DNA of 64,000 bases. Source: Tubiluchus corallicola. Lineage: Eukaryota > Animalia > Priapulida. A program made the translations under genes and the position numbers. Under the pieces are notes generated by a model that saw only the letters and a program-made list of their open reading frames with translations, was not told the DNA's origin and did no database searches. Numbering within the stretch: the stretch's first letter is position 1; each line of letters begins with the position of its first letter. This document shows, one piece after another, positions 51,701-63,110 of the stretch. The DNA lies in contig JAQGDQ010000029.1 of the NCBI GenBank assembly GCA_030141605.1, positions 248,001 through 312,000 on the forward strand, written 5' to 3'.

Positions 51701-54700
51701 AGAAACTAGTATCTAAGAAGCGCTGCACAGGAAGTGGCTGTAAAGGGCACCCACCAAATGCAGCTTAAACACACCAAGCGCTAAATGTTTTACGACAATA
51801 TGTGGATCACACAGCAATAGACTTTCAAAGTTTTTATAATTATGCGAACTTTGTGAGCCAACTTCTTCGCGAGAAAATGAAGCACCCGACTTTGAAGGAA
51901 TTTTTGTAATTTTTGCAAATAAACAGACTTGTGTAATCTAGAAGCATATAGTTTTTAATTTATTGGTAATTCACTTATATAAATTATGATTTTAAAATAT
52001 TTTTGTAAAAAATTTTCACTGCACAAAGAAATTTAGGCATTACTTCGTTTCTAAAATTCATTAAAAACCTTTGCAGTGCATAGTAAGCTGGTATATTTTC
52101 TATACCAGTAATACTACAAACATCAGTTATAGGCTCAGTTAATTGGGTCAAAACAGTTCGGTCCAAAAGTGAGTCTATTAAGCGGTGCCTACTGTAGATG
52201 CACAGATGCGCTGAATTTCCATAGGCAAGAATCACGATTAGGAAACAAATCTAAACATAACATAACAAATCATTTATAGAAAGCATCCTAAAGATATATA
52301 CCTCACTGAAGTGAAGGTAATGATAACTGTCACTGCATGTGTTTAGACCCCGAATGCGACACTGGATGGTCATTAGATGGGTACCCACCGAGTTTAATGC
52401 TTGTTCTGGGCAATTTTATTAGCCATAATAATGATGGGTGTTTGCCCATTTGAGAGGGCTTTACATACATCCGAGTTTTGCTGACATACAGCTGATGCTC
52501 AAGTGTGTCATCTTGGAAAGCTATCCTTAACAACGAAATTGAAAACCATCTACCCTGAGCAGGCCCTACGGTGAACGCGAAATCACAATACGTATAATAT
52601 GTCATTCTGTACAAATAAATAAAATAAAATAAAATAAAATAAAATAAAATGACACAGTTTGAAAAATAATATTATATAACTTACATAAAGACTGTCGTTT
52701 AGGAGTAGTGTTTCGTGGGCTAGCTGGCACTTTCAACCCAGTAGGTGAAGTAAGTACAGGTTTACAGTTCCCATTGACTAGGAAAGACAGTAATGGCACA
52801 ACCACCTAAAGAAACAACCAATGATTCTGACACTGGACTGTTCGACCAATTACAGTATAGCAGCTTAGCAGCCAACATAACAGACACAGAATGAGAGCAG
52901 GTCTACTTAAAACTCTATATTAAGAGTATATTAAGTGATTCACAACAAAGCAATTTAACAAAACATATCCACTATAATTGTCACTACAGTTAACATATCA
53001 CTGTGGAAAAATTAGCAGAAGTATAAAAATTGCTGTAGTTCAAATAGTAGTTAACTGTCTATGGAATATATAGTAATCACTGAGCAAATTAGTTAAACTG
53101 CACATTCTTGTTTTTATTTTCCTGAACTATAAAACAACAAAACTCAACTGTCATTATTTGTCACTCAGTTGTCATTCCAATGCATTGAGTTTGTTCACCA
53201 TAGAGGTGGTCAAATTTCTGAAATAAGGTCTCTGGCATTGATGGTGAATTGTGAGACAAGTCACCAGAAACAATATAGAGACAATTATTAAAACAGATAG
53301 TCTTGACCATTTTCCCATAACACAGACTAGCTTTACTGGTAAACAAATAGAGAAGAATTAATAATAGTGATGGAATGGGGAAATTATTAAAGCAATTTTA
53401 CCTGCTCAAAACGCTGAGCCAGTTTGTCTGCTAAAGTAACAGCAAGGTGCCACCAGGCCTTGAACTTGGCTATGGCCACAGCTTCCTGTTTCACGTAACC
53501 AACAATAAATGGCTTCATGAGAAGCTGCAGATGTTTCTGATTATTCAAAATTGCTAAAAGAAATTAAAAAGAAAAAATAAATCCATTCAGAAATGCTTAA
53601 AACAGTAGTGTTACTATGGATAAGTGATATTATGGACTATCTGACTTGGTTGAATATTTTAAAAAAATTGAAAAGGAAATATTATATAAACTAACGGCTT
53701 ACACTTTGCTCGTTGTATCCAAACAAGTAATAAAAATTCAAATACTACATAACAATAATAAGAATATGCAAATAAGTTTTCAAAAATAAATTTATGATTT
53801 CACTGCAAACAGTAGTTGTAAAACAATAACCTTCCGTTCTTAAAGCATTGACACGTTACCAGTTTTCTTTATCCAGATAGAGTGCTATTAACAAAAATCA
53901 TGCATGTGTCATGATCGCCAACTATAGCCAACTGCAAGCGGCAAGTGGTCAAACAATAACACAATATTTAGCTGACTAACTTTTGATAAAAAAGGTGGCG
54001 CAAAACAACTGATTTTCATTTTCGTTCAATAAAAACCAGGCATAGTTTACATAAGGCAAACAAAATCATATTGAAACGAAAAAGCTTGTAAAGATTCCAG
54101 TTGGAAATAGAGCAAACTTCAGTCATAACGTATGTCAATGCTTTCAGACACTTCCACAAAAAAATAGGTCAACAAAATACATTGTACAGGCAGTTTAAAT
54201 ATGTATGTAGAATGGAAGAATTGCATATATTCTTACCACTAAACTATTATTGTACTCTTTTAGACACTGGTTTTTATACACATACACATATATACAAAAC
54301 ACACATACATTTCTGATACATTACACTCCAGTACCTGGGTCAAGTCCAAAGTTATCAATAAGAATGATCCAAGAGGAGTACGCCTCAATTCTGACAGTCC
54401 CTTCACTTTTAAAACACTTCTCCACTATTGCTAATAATTTGTTTAGCATGCTTGTATTGGCTAACAAATATCGTCCCAGTAGTTCAACAATACAGTTCCA
54501 TATTTGCAAACTTTGAATTTTACATCCACTTTCATAAACGTGCATTAAACCAGGAGCAAGTGTCTGGAAAATAATGTTTAATGTAGATTATCAAAACTAC
54601 TGATGTAACTGAAATCAAACCTCACCCAAATATGACACACATTTAATTCAACTAGCATATGAAGTATGTTCCACTTATTCATAGATGGCAAAAGTACAAT

Positions 54701-57700
54701 TTTTACAAGAAAAACTTGCTTAGAATTAACAAAAAGTAATAAGCAAAAAATAACTTAATGAAACACTATATAAGTAAATGCTCAGTTAAAAACAGGCTGT
54801 AATTTTTAATGTGCTACACTTTGTTCTAGACAACAGATCGGGGGGGGGGGGGTACATTTGCAAAAAAAACAGGCGACCTAACTACCTTTGTTAAAAATCA
54901 ATTAAAAATAAAGCAAAATTGTTGAAGGTAACTGAAATTCTTTCATAGCAACTCATCACTGATCAGTAAGACTGCAAAAGCGGGAAAATTATCAAACAAA
55001 ATAATCAGCCTGTATTCTTGTAAAAAGCCAAATATCTAATATAATTATATACATAGAAAATACTCACACTATGAATACTGGCTACTAAAAGTTTAACAAC
55101 AGTTTCTTGATTCAACAACAATATTGGCATTGCCATCTTTACAAGGTACAGCGCCCTCTCTCTGATCTTTACTGCAGAATGTACAAGCAGTGGATAGACA
55201 TTTTTAAACCAGAGGTGAACATAGGCTGCAGCTTTATTCGATGACTGTTCTACAAGACTAAAAGATATTTATAATAAAATAAGTAAAATTGTAAGGGCAA
55301 GCAAAACTTCAATAGCTCCAAAATCACTATAAATTAACAAGAGAGAAATTATAAAATAACCCATTATACCAATAGGTAAATTCAAATAACACATACACTA
55401 ATTTGCTAAAATCAGGGATTCTTCTACCCAGTTTGAGAACTGCGATACAGCAAAATCAAAGCATTTTATACAAGGGTAGGAGGACATTAGGCCCATTTCA
55501 CACAAAGAATGCAGGGCAAAATTTCTCAAGGAACAATTCTTCGCAAAAATGGAACACATTGCTTTCTGTGGTGCACAGACGTGTGTGAGAATTGTTTTGA
55601 CATGGTTTTCCTTGTGAAAAATTCTGACACCAGCTGGAAGCTATGCATACTCTATGTGAAGAATTTAGCTGCTTGGAAGAAATGAAGCTTGTTCCATTTT
55701 TGGTGGAGATTCTTCAAGGAATTTACATTAAAATTTAAATTTTTAATTTATACAGTTTTTAGTTAACTCTTTTCTTGTTTAGTGAACAACAGTTAACATA
55801 TTTCATTAGAAAACTATAAATCACTAATTTATTTTTTATCATAAAAACGACTTTTGTTTTATCAAGGTAAAGGTGACAGTTATAATTTATTAAAGCAAAT
55901 GAATAACACATGCATATAATTATTATAAATCTATGCTCAGAAATTGTGAAGGCTAAAAATGAACAGGTCTTCTGTTGATCAAACCTCTTAACTGCAATTT
56001 GTATAAATTGCAACCTTCCATCTTCTGGCGTCCTGCGTGTGCTGCTGTAAAGATCATTCGAATGCAATTGTGCTGATATAGAAAATATCACATGCTATTC
56101 AAATTAATAATTTGTGAGAGTAAATGTCAAACCTGATAGTAGTATTGAGAGCCTCGAACAAAATCATTGCTGATTCCCCTTTGTTTATTTCTAAGCACTC
56201 ATTGACTTTTGTCAGCACCAAGGAAAACTAAAATTAATGTAATTTTCAAATAAGAACTGCAAAAAATGAATTGCAAAAAATAAAAGAAAAAAGAAAAATT
56301 TAGGCCTACTTATGCAACTTTCTGAATGTGCATGTATAAATAAGTTATTTAAACAATATACTCTATGCAAAAGCATTTGAAAGTATTTCTATTTTAAGCA
56401 TCTTTGCTTTTTTGATCAGCAAACTGCTATTAACAACTTTGGTACAATGTTCATCTTGGAGAATAGTAATTTATGTAAAAGTTGTTAAAGGCAAAATGTA
56501 ATTTCTGAAACTCTAGAAACCAAACACTATTTTTCATGTTTGCAGTACTTTTATTTCAACACTCGCCAGAAATATGATCATATCAAATCATATTTATAAA
56601 TAAATGCTACAACAATATAATGCGTACTAAAACACCAAATCGAGAAAGTTTTGGTAGTAAAATACAAACAAAAACTCACCAAACTGTCATCAAAACTTGA
56701 AAACAAAACTAATTTAGATAAGCACCAAAGTCCGTGACTAATAGTTCCCTTGTCGATGTCAACGGTAGATATAACATTACAAATGGCTTTCATCAACAAA
56801 ATACAAGTATCATTATCAAGTTTTCTAAAACAAAAAAACAAACTTATTTAGCCAATGAAAAGTAACGTCCAATTTAACTTCTACCAGTGATTAATCTAGC
56901 AAAATAGCAATGCTTACAGAAAAAAGCCCATCGAAAGACTTTGACATAACCTCTCTTTTCGTGTTTATCTCTTGATATTAATGTAAGCACTTAATTATAT
57001 ATATAATTGTATAGCAACATAACCATGATTACTGATCCTGTCAATACTAACCACACATCAAATTTGATTAATTAGGCCAAACAATCCTAGAAGACAAAGA
57101 TGCAAAACGTTCGTACAGACACAAGCTTACCAAATGCACTCACACACATTCACACATGGCAAGATCTTTACTATATCCTTTGCCTAATACTTTATTTTGA
57201 TGTGCCTGTAAAGTTTCAAATTTCAATTTTCTATTCTAGGTAAATTAAGTAGTTATTTATAAGTATGTAAGAAAAATTTGTGCTAGAAATACTACATACC
57301 GAAAAAAATTTGTTTCTTTAACTGATGCCGAGTAAAGAGCTTCCAAAGCCTGAGAGTCAAATCCTTCAATATCAGCTTTTGTGTGAGCTAAAACTACAGC
57401 AGGCAACACTGCACTACACTCTTTACTTGCTTTCCTATAATAAATAAAAAGGCTAAAAACATACGAATCATGGAGAAATGATTAGCAACGTATTCAATGT
57501 CACAACTCCACTTCAATTTATTAGATGTATATAGGCCTAATTTTACTATAGCTTAATACAGTATTTACATGTAAATGAGTTAAGACAATGACTTACATTT
57601 ACTATATACCTACAAAATAATCTCCAAAGTGGGTTCTCTAATTTTTAAATCAAAGTAAATTGTACTTATAGGATTAATTTATAATGCACATAAATTTTAT

Positions 57701-58454
57701 CCTCAAGCATATCCTATCTAACTTAGTTACATGATCTAAATGACTGAGGCAGAAACTTTTATAGCTCGGTCAGGGCAATATTGCAAATTTCTTAATCGTA
57801 GGAAAAACAGATCTGGAGATTCTTCAAAAAAGTTAAAAAAACCTGGAGCTTTTACACTGCAAATATTCACGAAACCAGGTTATCATCACTATGTGGCACG
57901 AAAACTTTTCATCGAAAAAATTAAACTGGTGTAATTAAATGTTAAACTATGCCACTTTAAAACAGCGAAATAATGTTAAGCGTTTGCAAAATTTGGTTGC
58001 TGATAACGCTGTCTGCTGTATGGAAGTGGCAGCACTGTAAACTGATTTGCTGAAAAGTTTTGTATTTTTTTAGTCTTATTATGTATTATCAAAACTTATT
58101 GATCATTTTACTTACCATGAGAAAACAAAGGTGCACCAGGAGACTGTAGGAAATGAGTAAAAATCTCAAAACTCACAGCAAACCTGTGGAAGTTTGACCA
58201 GTAGCAAGACTTCAGAATCACATCAGAACTAACTACTTATAATAACTCAGATAACTCATAATAAACTCATAGTAACATAAAATTATGAAAAACAAAAATT
58301 ATGAAAATTACTGAAAAAATAAGTACCCCAAGCAACGAAGATTGAAACTCTTTTGTGCATCAAAATCATTTTTAACTTGCTTTTCCATTGTTAAACTCTC
58401 ATTTTGATGGCGTTGTTCCAGGTCTGTGCCATCACATTTAGCTGTAACCATCAT
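33797..58454 (-). CDS. RIF1: Telomere-associated protein RIF1 (replication timing regulatory factor 1), multi-exon gene, about 2656 aa
   Basis: Hand-spliced GT-AG exons (high-low): 58454-58327, 57434-57300, 56824-56680, 56227-56133, 55257-55068, 54563-54335, 53553-53402, 52805-52685, 50866-50654, 50257-50144, 49442-49285, 48960-48877, 48249-48001, 47830-47726, 46892-46743, 45758-45674, 45168-45053, 44909-44715, 44146-43947, 43773-43698, 43285-43112, 42990-42815, 41941-37981, 37789-37625, 36665-36547, 35716-35514, 35271-35209, 34271-34212 (uncertain), 33906-33797. Splice phases are consistent and the total of 7971 nt is a multiple of 3. Segments resemble vertebrate RIF1: LIDNFGLDP, AKFKAWWHL, TNEVNQGDALEHDF, LTEHQKEKLR..DVPALYSTLDSSQD, SAGILKRK, RRVSFAEP, TLPIRSPKV. 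The start codon and penultimate exon are less certain. Confidence 0.95.
35514..37789 (-). CDS. RIF1: RIF1 C-terminal domain exons (37789-37625, 36665-36547, 35716-35514)
   Basis: HRRVSFAEP (RVxF); ICPELVSSEEPIQSVLYQLTSSMW|VKGLQQVFASREVTTVGHLSSLTEQDVNTLPIRSPKVKTVKEVL resembles the RIF1 CII DNA-binding region (ITSNMWARGL...TIGDLSTLTASEIKTLPIRSPKV). Confidence 0.93.
37981..41941 (-). CDS. RIF1: RIF1 giant exon (3961 bp) encoding the intrinsically disordered S/T/K-rich middle region
   Basis: Contains the 1274-aa ORF of the track; acceptor ttttttcag at 41943-41942 is in frame with the upstream exon; donor gtttgt after PPVK; ends with the SPSAGILKRK motif. Vertebrate RIF1 also encodes its disordered region in one very large exon. 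Confidence 0.95.
42815..44146 (-). CDS. RIF1: RIF1 exons ending the HEAT region (44146-43947, 43773-43698, 43285-43112, 42990-42815)
   Basis: LEKLWVDICTCLQSRYGYMYDNEILAAVSPLL...LWHATFG...YPDSLK and NFVFIAPSPKKKFVLTEHQKEKLRSHSHDVPALYSTLDSSQD resemble conserved RIF1 segments. Confidence 0.92.
46200..46693. mobile_element. hAT-type non-autonomous element (MITE) in a RIF1 intron
   Basis: Imperfect TIRs TAGGGATGTCACGAATCTC / GAGATTAGTGACAACCTA with 8-bp flanking duplication GTGCACAA / GTGCTCAA (7 of 8 match). Confidence 0.8.
47726..48249 (-). CDS. RIF1: RIF1 exons 48249-48001 and 47830-47726
   Basis: GTPSLFLIRLLL...HINQ|TNEVNQGDALEHDFTCLYAVLMLPVQHL is near-identical to the conserved RIF1 block TNEVNQGDALEHNF. 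Confidence 0.95.
49888..49928 (-). ncRNA. Minimal type I hammerhead ribozyme motif (Penelope-like element type)
   Basis: Minus strand reads ACCA-CUGAUGA-U-GACAGC-AACA-GCU(A)GUC-GAA-AUAU-U-UGGU: core boxes, stem II, palindromic AUAU in place of stem III, stem I ACCA/UGGU. Confidence 0.6.
50952..52194 (+). mobile_element. Internally deleted pogo/Tigger (Tc1/mariner superfamily) DNA transposon in a RIF1 intron
   Basis: 26-bp TIRs CAGTAGTTGCCGCTTAATAGACTCAC / GTGAGTCTATTAAGCGGTGCCTACTG flanked by TA on both sides. Internal remnant MEHKCKNLTIKGKLKISEQYDKLPKMG*RCAAVELKIPQRILSRILK (CENP-B-type HTH) is joined to a Tigger-like C-terminus (..KHPTLKEFF); the DDE domain is absent. Confidence 0.9.
52330..52650 (+). 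mobile_element. 3' end of a retroposon (LINE/SINE) with (AAAAT)n tail in a RIF1 intron
   Basis: GC-elevated block ending in AATAAATAAAATAAAATAAAATAAAATAAAATAAAAT. Confidence 0.45.
54335..55257 (-). CDS. RIF1: RIF1 N-terminal HEAT-repeat (Rif1_N) exons 55257-55068 and 54563-54335
   Basis: LVEQSSNKAAAYVHLWFKNVYPLLVHSAVKIRERAL and RIEAYSSWIILIDNFGLDP resemble human RIF1 LIEQAP...WAKLVIPLVVHSAQKVHLRGA and KIAFIAWKSLIDNFALNP; canonical splice sites. Confidence 0.92.
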
Positions 58455-59269
58455 TTTGATGACACTAAATCTAAAATATATCAGTGTATAGGGCATTATG
58501 TATATCATTATAGATATATTATGTTTATATCTAAAATATAACAGTAACATAGGGCATTCCAAAAACACTCTATGCTATAGAATAACAAAGTTTTAGGAGT
58601 TTTAGGACTACCACCTGTGAATAACACTTAAGAAACAAAAAGTTTTTCCAGGTAACTTCTAATCTAATGCATAAAACGCTGACATACATTAACGAAATTT
58701 ATCACATCCAGCACTGCTGTATACTACTACTACTATCAAATCTAGCAATGCACCAGACCTCATGGTTGATAAAGTAGTTCGGCATCATGCATAAAGGCTT
58801 AACGTTGTGCAATTATTTCTAGACAGAAATCCACAAATACTGATGTAAATCAAATATTGTGCATAAACTATAAAAACAACACAAAATTCATCAATACAGC
58901 TAAACGCTATGTACACAGTTGGTAAGTCAATATCTGTCTAGGCAAAGTGTGTCATAGTCATGATGACAGAGCATTTTTCAAAGTTAGGCCAACCTCAAAA
59001 CAGGACCAAAATACACTATGCAAGAAATCTTTAAAACCATGTCACAAAAAGAAAAAGCTGTAATCTATAACTGGGAAGCCAGAGGCATAAGTCATCTTCA
59101 GTAGCACATATAACATGATCTGCATTAACTTCCTTGCTCTGTGTAAACAGACACTTTTGCCACAATCCATTTTTTGGTTCGAGTGATCATTTTTCGTAAT
59201 CTAGTTAGTTTATCTGATACAAATGAGCTAGCCACTGGAACCAATTGTTTTATTTTAGGTCATCGTCAT

Positions 59270-59870
59270 ATGCCCATTATGTCTGCATACTGTAGATGCT
59301 GGCCAAGCAGAACTCTAATATAAATGAAATCTGCCCTCAAAACAGGTAAACACAGCAGTAATTCAGCAAAAAGCTAGACACTGCCATGCCAGTGGCTTGT
59401 CAGTACTACTACTTCTTCTTTGTGATAGTGTGTTAACTTCATTAAATTGAAGTCTCTAACATATGCCTATGCTCTCAGCTTGTCAATGTCGTGCTAGTGT
59501 GAAACTTCATCCAGCGAAAAGTAGTTTATAGTGGCAGGTAGAAATATTCCCAAGCTCTTCAAGGTAGAAGTGCCACACCCTACACCTTTCAACATGCGGT
59601 GGAATACTTTAATCTAGTTTAGATAGAGCATATGGCACTCCTGAAAAGGTTGAGAGTGCCAAGCTGGACTGTTGACACTGGTAGGTGGTGCCAATCCCTT
59701 GCTGTGTGTGGAAAAAAGAGTGGAGGTGATAATCGCAATCGCAAGAAGAGTATGGGCCTAATCATCCTGTGTCACTCAGCTACTAGGTACCATGTTCTCC
59801 TATAGCGGTTCAAGGTAATCCTTGCAGCTCTTCTCTGAAGTGATTCCAACTTACTACCGAGCAATGCAGC
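59270..59870 (-). mobile_element. Degenerate non-LTR retrotransposon (LINE) RT C-terminal fragments in RIF1 intron 1
   Basis: Minus-strand KLESLQRRAARITLNRYRRT (about 59795-59855) and YIRVLLGQHLQYA (about 59285-59325) resemble LINE RT-end motifs LE.VQRRAAR and LYKALVRPHLEYA. Confidence 0.5.
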
Positions 59871-60112
59871 ATATTATTTATTAAAAAACAAGAAAGCGGC
59901 AACTAGAGAGAAAACATAAATATAAAACGCGAGAGAGAAAACGATTAACAGCGCTTTACCGAGAGACATAGCTATGGGCAAAAAACCTACAAATAGGCTT
60001 CACCCTGACGATCTACGGAAAAGTTATGCAAAGGTACGTTTGACTCATTTCAACGGGTTTGTTTTCTAGTTTTTGAAAAATAGGCTTCATTTTTCGCACT
60101 TAATACGCTTAC

Positions 60113-60225
60113 CTAAATCATAACAAACTGCACGCACGCAACTGCCGTATTAGTAACGTCGTGTTTAAAAAATTGCTTTATAGTGTTCAATGATATGCTT
60201 TTACAGTACGATCAACACATTCATC
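60113..60225 (-). other. RIF1: Probable non-coding first exon (5' UTR) of RIF1
   Basis: Strong donor AG|gtaagc at 60113/60112, just downstream of the E2F site. The first coding exon has an acceptor at 58471 upstream of its ATG, so an upstream exon is expected. The 5' boundary is a guess. Confidence 0.55.
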
Positions 60226-60226
60226 G

Positions 60227-60238
60227 TTTCGCGGGAAA
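60227..60238. promoter_or_regulatory. E2F double site TTTCGCGGGAAA in the putative RIF1 promoter
   Basis: Overlapping TTTCGCGG / TTTCCCGC E2F consensus immediately upstream of the inferred first exon, with a weaker TTTCACGGGA directly after it. Typical of replication / S-phase genes. Confidence 0.65.
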
Positions 60239-60726
60239 TATTTCACGGGAGAATGAATGATGAAATACAAACATAGTAGTTTGTAAACAAATCGCCAGGT
60301 CGCTAACATTCTCTGCGACAACGCTTATGCACAAGCGTCATAATCTTAGTTAGTGTCAGAGAACTGAAAAAAAGATAAAAATAAACGTGTACAGTGCTTC
60401 ATATTAGCTGTTAATACCAAGCAAAGTGGGTCTTTGAAATAGGTGCTGTATGTAATGTGTAACGTATATTTAGGCTTATAGTCAAATCTATCATCTGTGT
60501 CACTGGCCCACTGCCAACGCTGAGTTCATGACGCAGTAAAAGTATACAGGCAAAAAAACAAAATTAAACGAGCAACGAAACAATAAAATATATATAACAT
60601 ACTTTAACTTTAATTTAATAACTTTCAAAAGCATGGTATCAAGACAGAAAAGAGTGGCTCTTAAAACTTTATATAGAAAGCAAAAACAATAAAAATAGTC
60701 AAATTTTCATCACAGGTACTTAAAGA

Positions 60727-60925
60727 CATTTATAGTTAAAACAACACAACTTTATTAAAACTTTTACTTTACAAAGTTAAAAAGTTAAAATCATCGCAAA
60801 TATTTTGATAGACCAATGCTATCATCATCAGCAGCAGCAGTAGAAGTAGTCTGTTGAAACGTATCGCATGATTTTAACTTTATAAAGTAAAAGTTTTAAT
60901 AATGTTGTGTTATTCTAACAATAAA
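60727..60925. mobile_element. Inverted pair of Penelope-like terminal repeats (same family as 49820-49930)
   Basis: AACACAACTTTATTAAAACTTTTACTTT..AAAGTTAAAATCAT (about 60742-60794) is inverted at about 60867-60912. The left arm is similar to 49830-49925 and carries a decayed CUGAUGA box. Confidence 0.55.
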
Positions 60926-62959
60926 ATAGTACTACAAAACATAAAATGATTAAAATGAGGTCAGTAAAAGTGATGTTCCATTAGAGTTTAATACAGTCTT
61001 ATCAAATTTAATAAGCAAATTTGATTTTATATAATTAAGCAATGCTCTCATTCCTTATACAAGCTCTTTGCTTTATTATTATAAACATGAAATGTTAGTA
61101 CAGTGTGTAATTGCACGACAGGGAAAGACCAAAAACCAGCAGTTTAACCATAACTACTACATGTTGTAAAAAACGAAAAAAATGTTAGATCATCATAAAC
61201 GTTGACAATAGCATTTTGAAGGGGCTTTTTTCTATCTGCCACTGCTGTTCATGGTTGCAGAGTGACTTGTATTTGCTAATCCCCTTTACAGTACAGCATA
61301 TGCGCTAGTAATTGACCCCTCACAATTTTTTTGCTACCGTGTGCTATAGGATGTATTTCATCACAATATACGTCCAACAGTTTTCTTATTTGGATGTGCT
61401 TTCTACTTCAAAATCTGCATCACATCAAACAGCTTGTTAATATTATGTCTTGACAGGGTATTTGAAAAACATGAATTACAGAATTTGTTTGTTATTATTG
61501 CTTACACATAGCACAAATAAAAAAAAGATTTGTGATAATTATCATTAACTAAAGCCTCATATTGTCGTTACATACCAAAATTACAGCCAGATAAGTCTGC
61601 ATTATTTGACATGAACCTACATGAAAATGTTACTTATGTTAATCGATATGATATTGGTACTAATTTCCATTATTGTTAACTGTTCACTTGCTGTGTTAGC
61701 GATAACATTAATAACAGGAAAGTATACTGTCTGGGTATATTCAGGCCAATGCACATTGATGACAATGCCTACAGTAAACGATTAAACAATACCCACAGAA
61801 AATAATTAAAAGCAATAATTGCAGTACTTGAGCAAGCACCTATGCAGCTTCGTATAGATTTACCACGGTGTAGGCATACTATGTTAGGCTTACAAAATTG
61901 GTAACTGCTTAGATTAGATGAAAATCTTACGTCTATTTGTGTAGCACATGAAATAAGAGTTTCACTTATTACTTATACTGCATATACTTTCACCTACTCT
62001 GCTACGTGAACTTCAAATAAATGCAAATAAAAACTCAAACTGGATATGAAATTGGTAAGTGCAAGTTAGCAAAGACTTGTTCAACAATATGTATTGTTGG
62101 GAGCAGACTAGGACACTAGTCGCAGAAGGGCAATTGGCATACATGGGCTAGCCTAAGGACACTGAGATTGGTCACGAATGGAGTCGTTAACCGTACTGAC
62201 AGCGTCTGTTGTCCTCGTTTATTTAACGGCAATAATTGAAAACGCCAATACACGAGTAATTTATTATACATAATGATAAAATAATCTTATTCTGAGCTAG
62301 TAGAATGGCCAATATTAAATTTGGATTCGATATTAATATTTTTGAAGTGAAATAAGCCCACTTTTAGGCGATTCCAATATTTACTTAAGGTATATAATTT
62401 TTTATTATGTTTGCCTTCAGAGACAGGTACGTGAAGCATTATTAAAGCATTAGATACTTAGTTTAACGTTCGATGATATTAATGGAGATAATAATGATAT
62501 TATTATAAAAAATGCATTTGTAAATTGTCAATGATTATCTATCATTATTATAGTTATTTCTTTTTGTAAAAGAAACTTAGTTTTATGTTTTATTAAGTCA
62601 TAATTCTCTATTCTCGACAGAAATCGCCAGTGCCTTACTTGAGCTGCCCATGTACAACACTGTTTTTCCACATGGCGTACTCCGCACTCTACATGTATAT
62701 CAACTCAGGAAGCAGAACAGTAATTATGGAAGTCTAAAATAATTAATACACCTGTCATTTGTTTAATGCATTCAGAGTAAATTTTGCTAAATAATAACTA
62801 TATTGTATTGCAAGAAGAGATTTAGGAAAGACCGGAAAGTATACCGCAAACTAGCCAAATGAAAGTGAATAAGCTGTACATCTTAGAATGGCACACAATT
62901 TTAATTAATTCATACAGTACACAAAGGAAACAACAAAATTCTAAATTTCAAAGTTTCAA

Positions 62960-63110
62960 ATTGCGTTTGAGTCAACAATCTACAGTACAAAGCACATTAT
63001 GTGTTTTCTGTAATGAGAAACATACAAACAGAGATTCATGTACAAAATGCTGTTATCAGATATTACGGAAACTGACAAAGAATGACATTTTGATATGCAT
63101 AAAACGGTCC
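62960..63110 (+). mobile_element. Possible BEL/Pao Gag zinc-knuckle remnant
   Basis: LCVFCNEKHTNRDSC pattern (Cx2Cx3Hx5C-like); no further domains seen. Confidence 0.3.
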
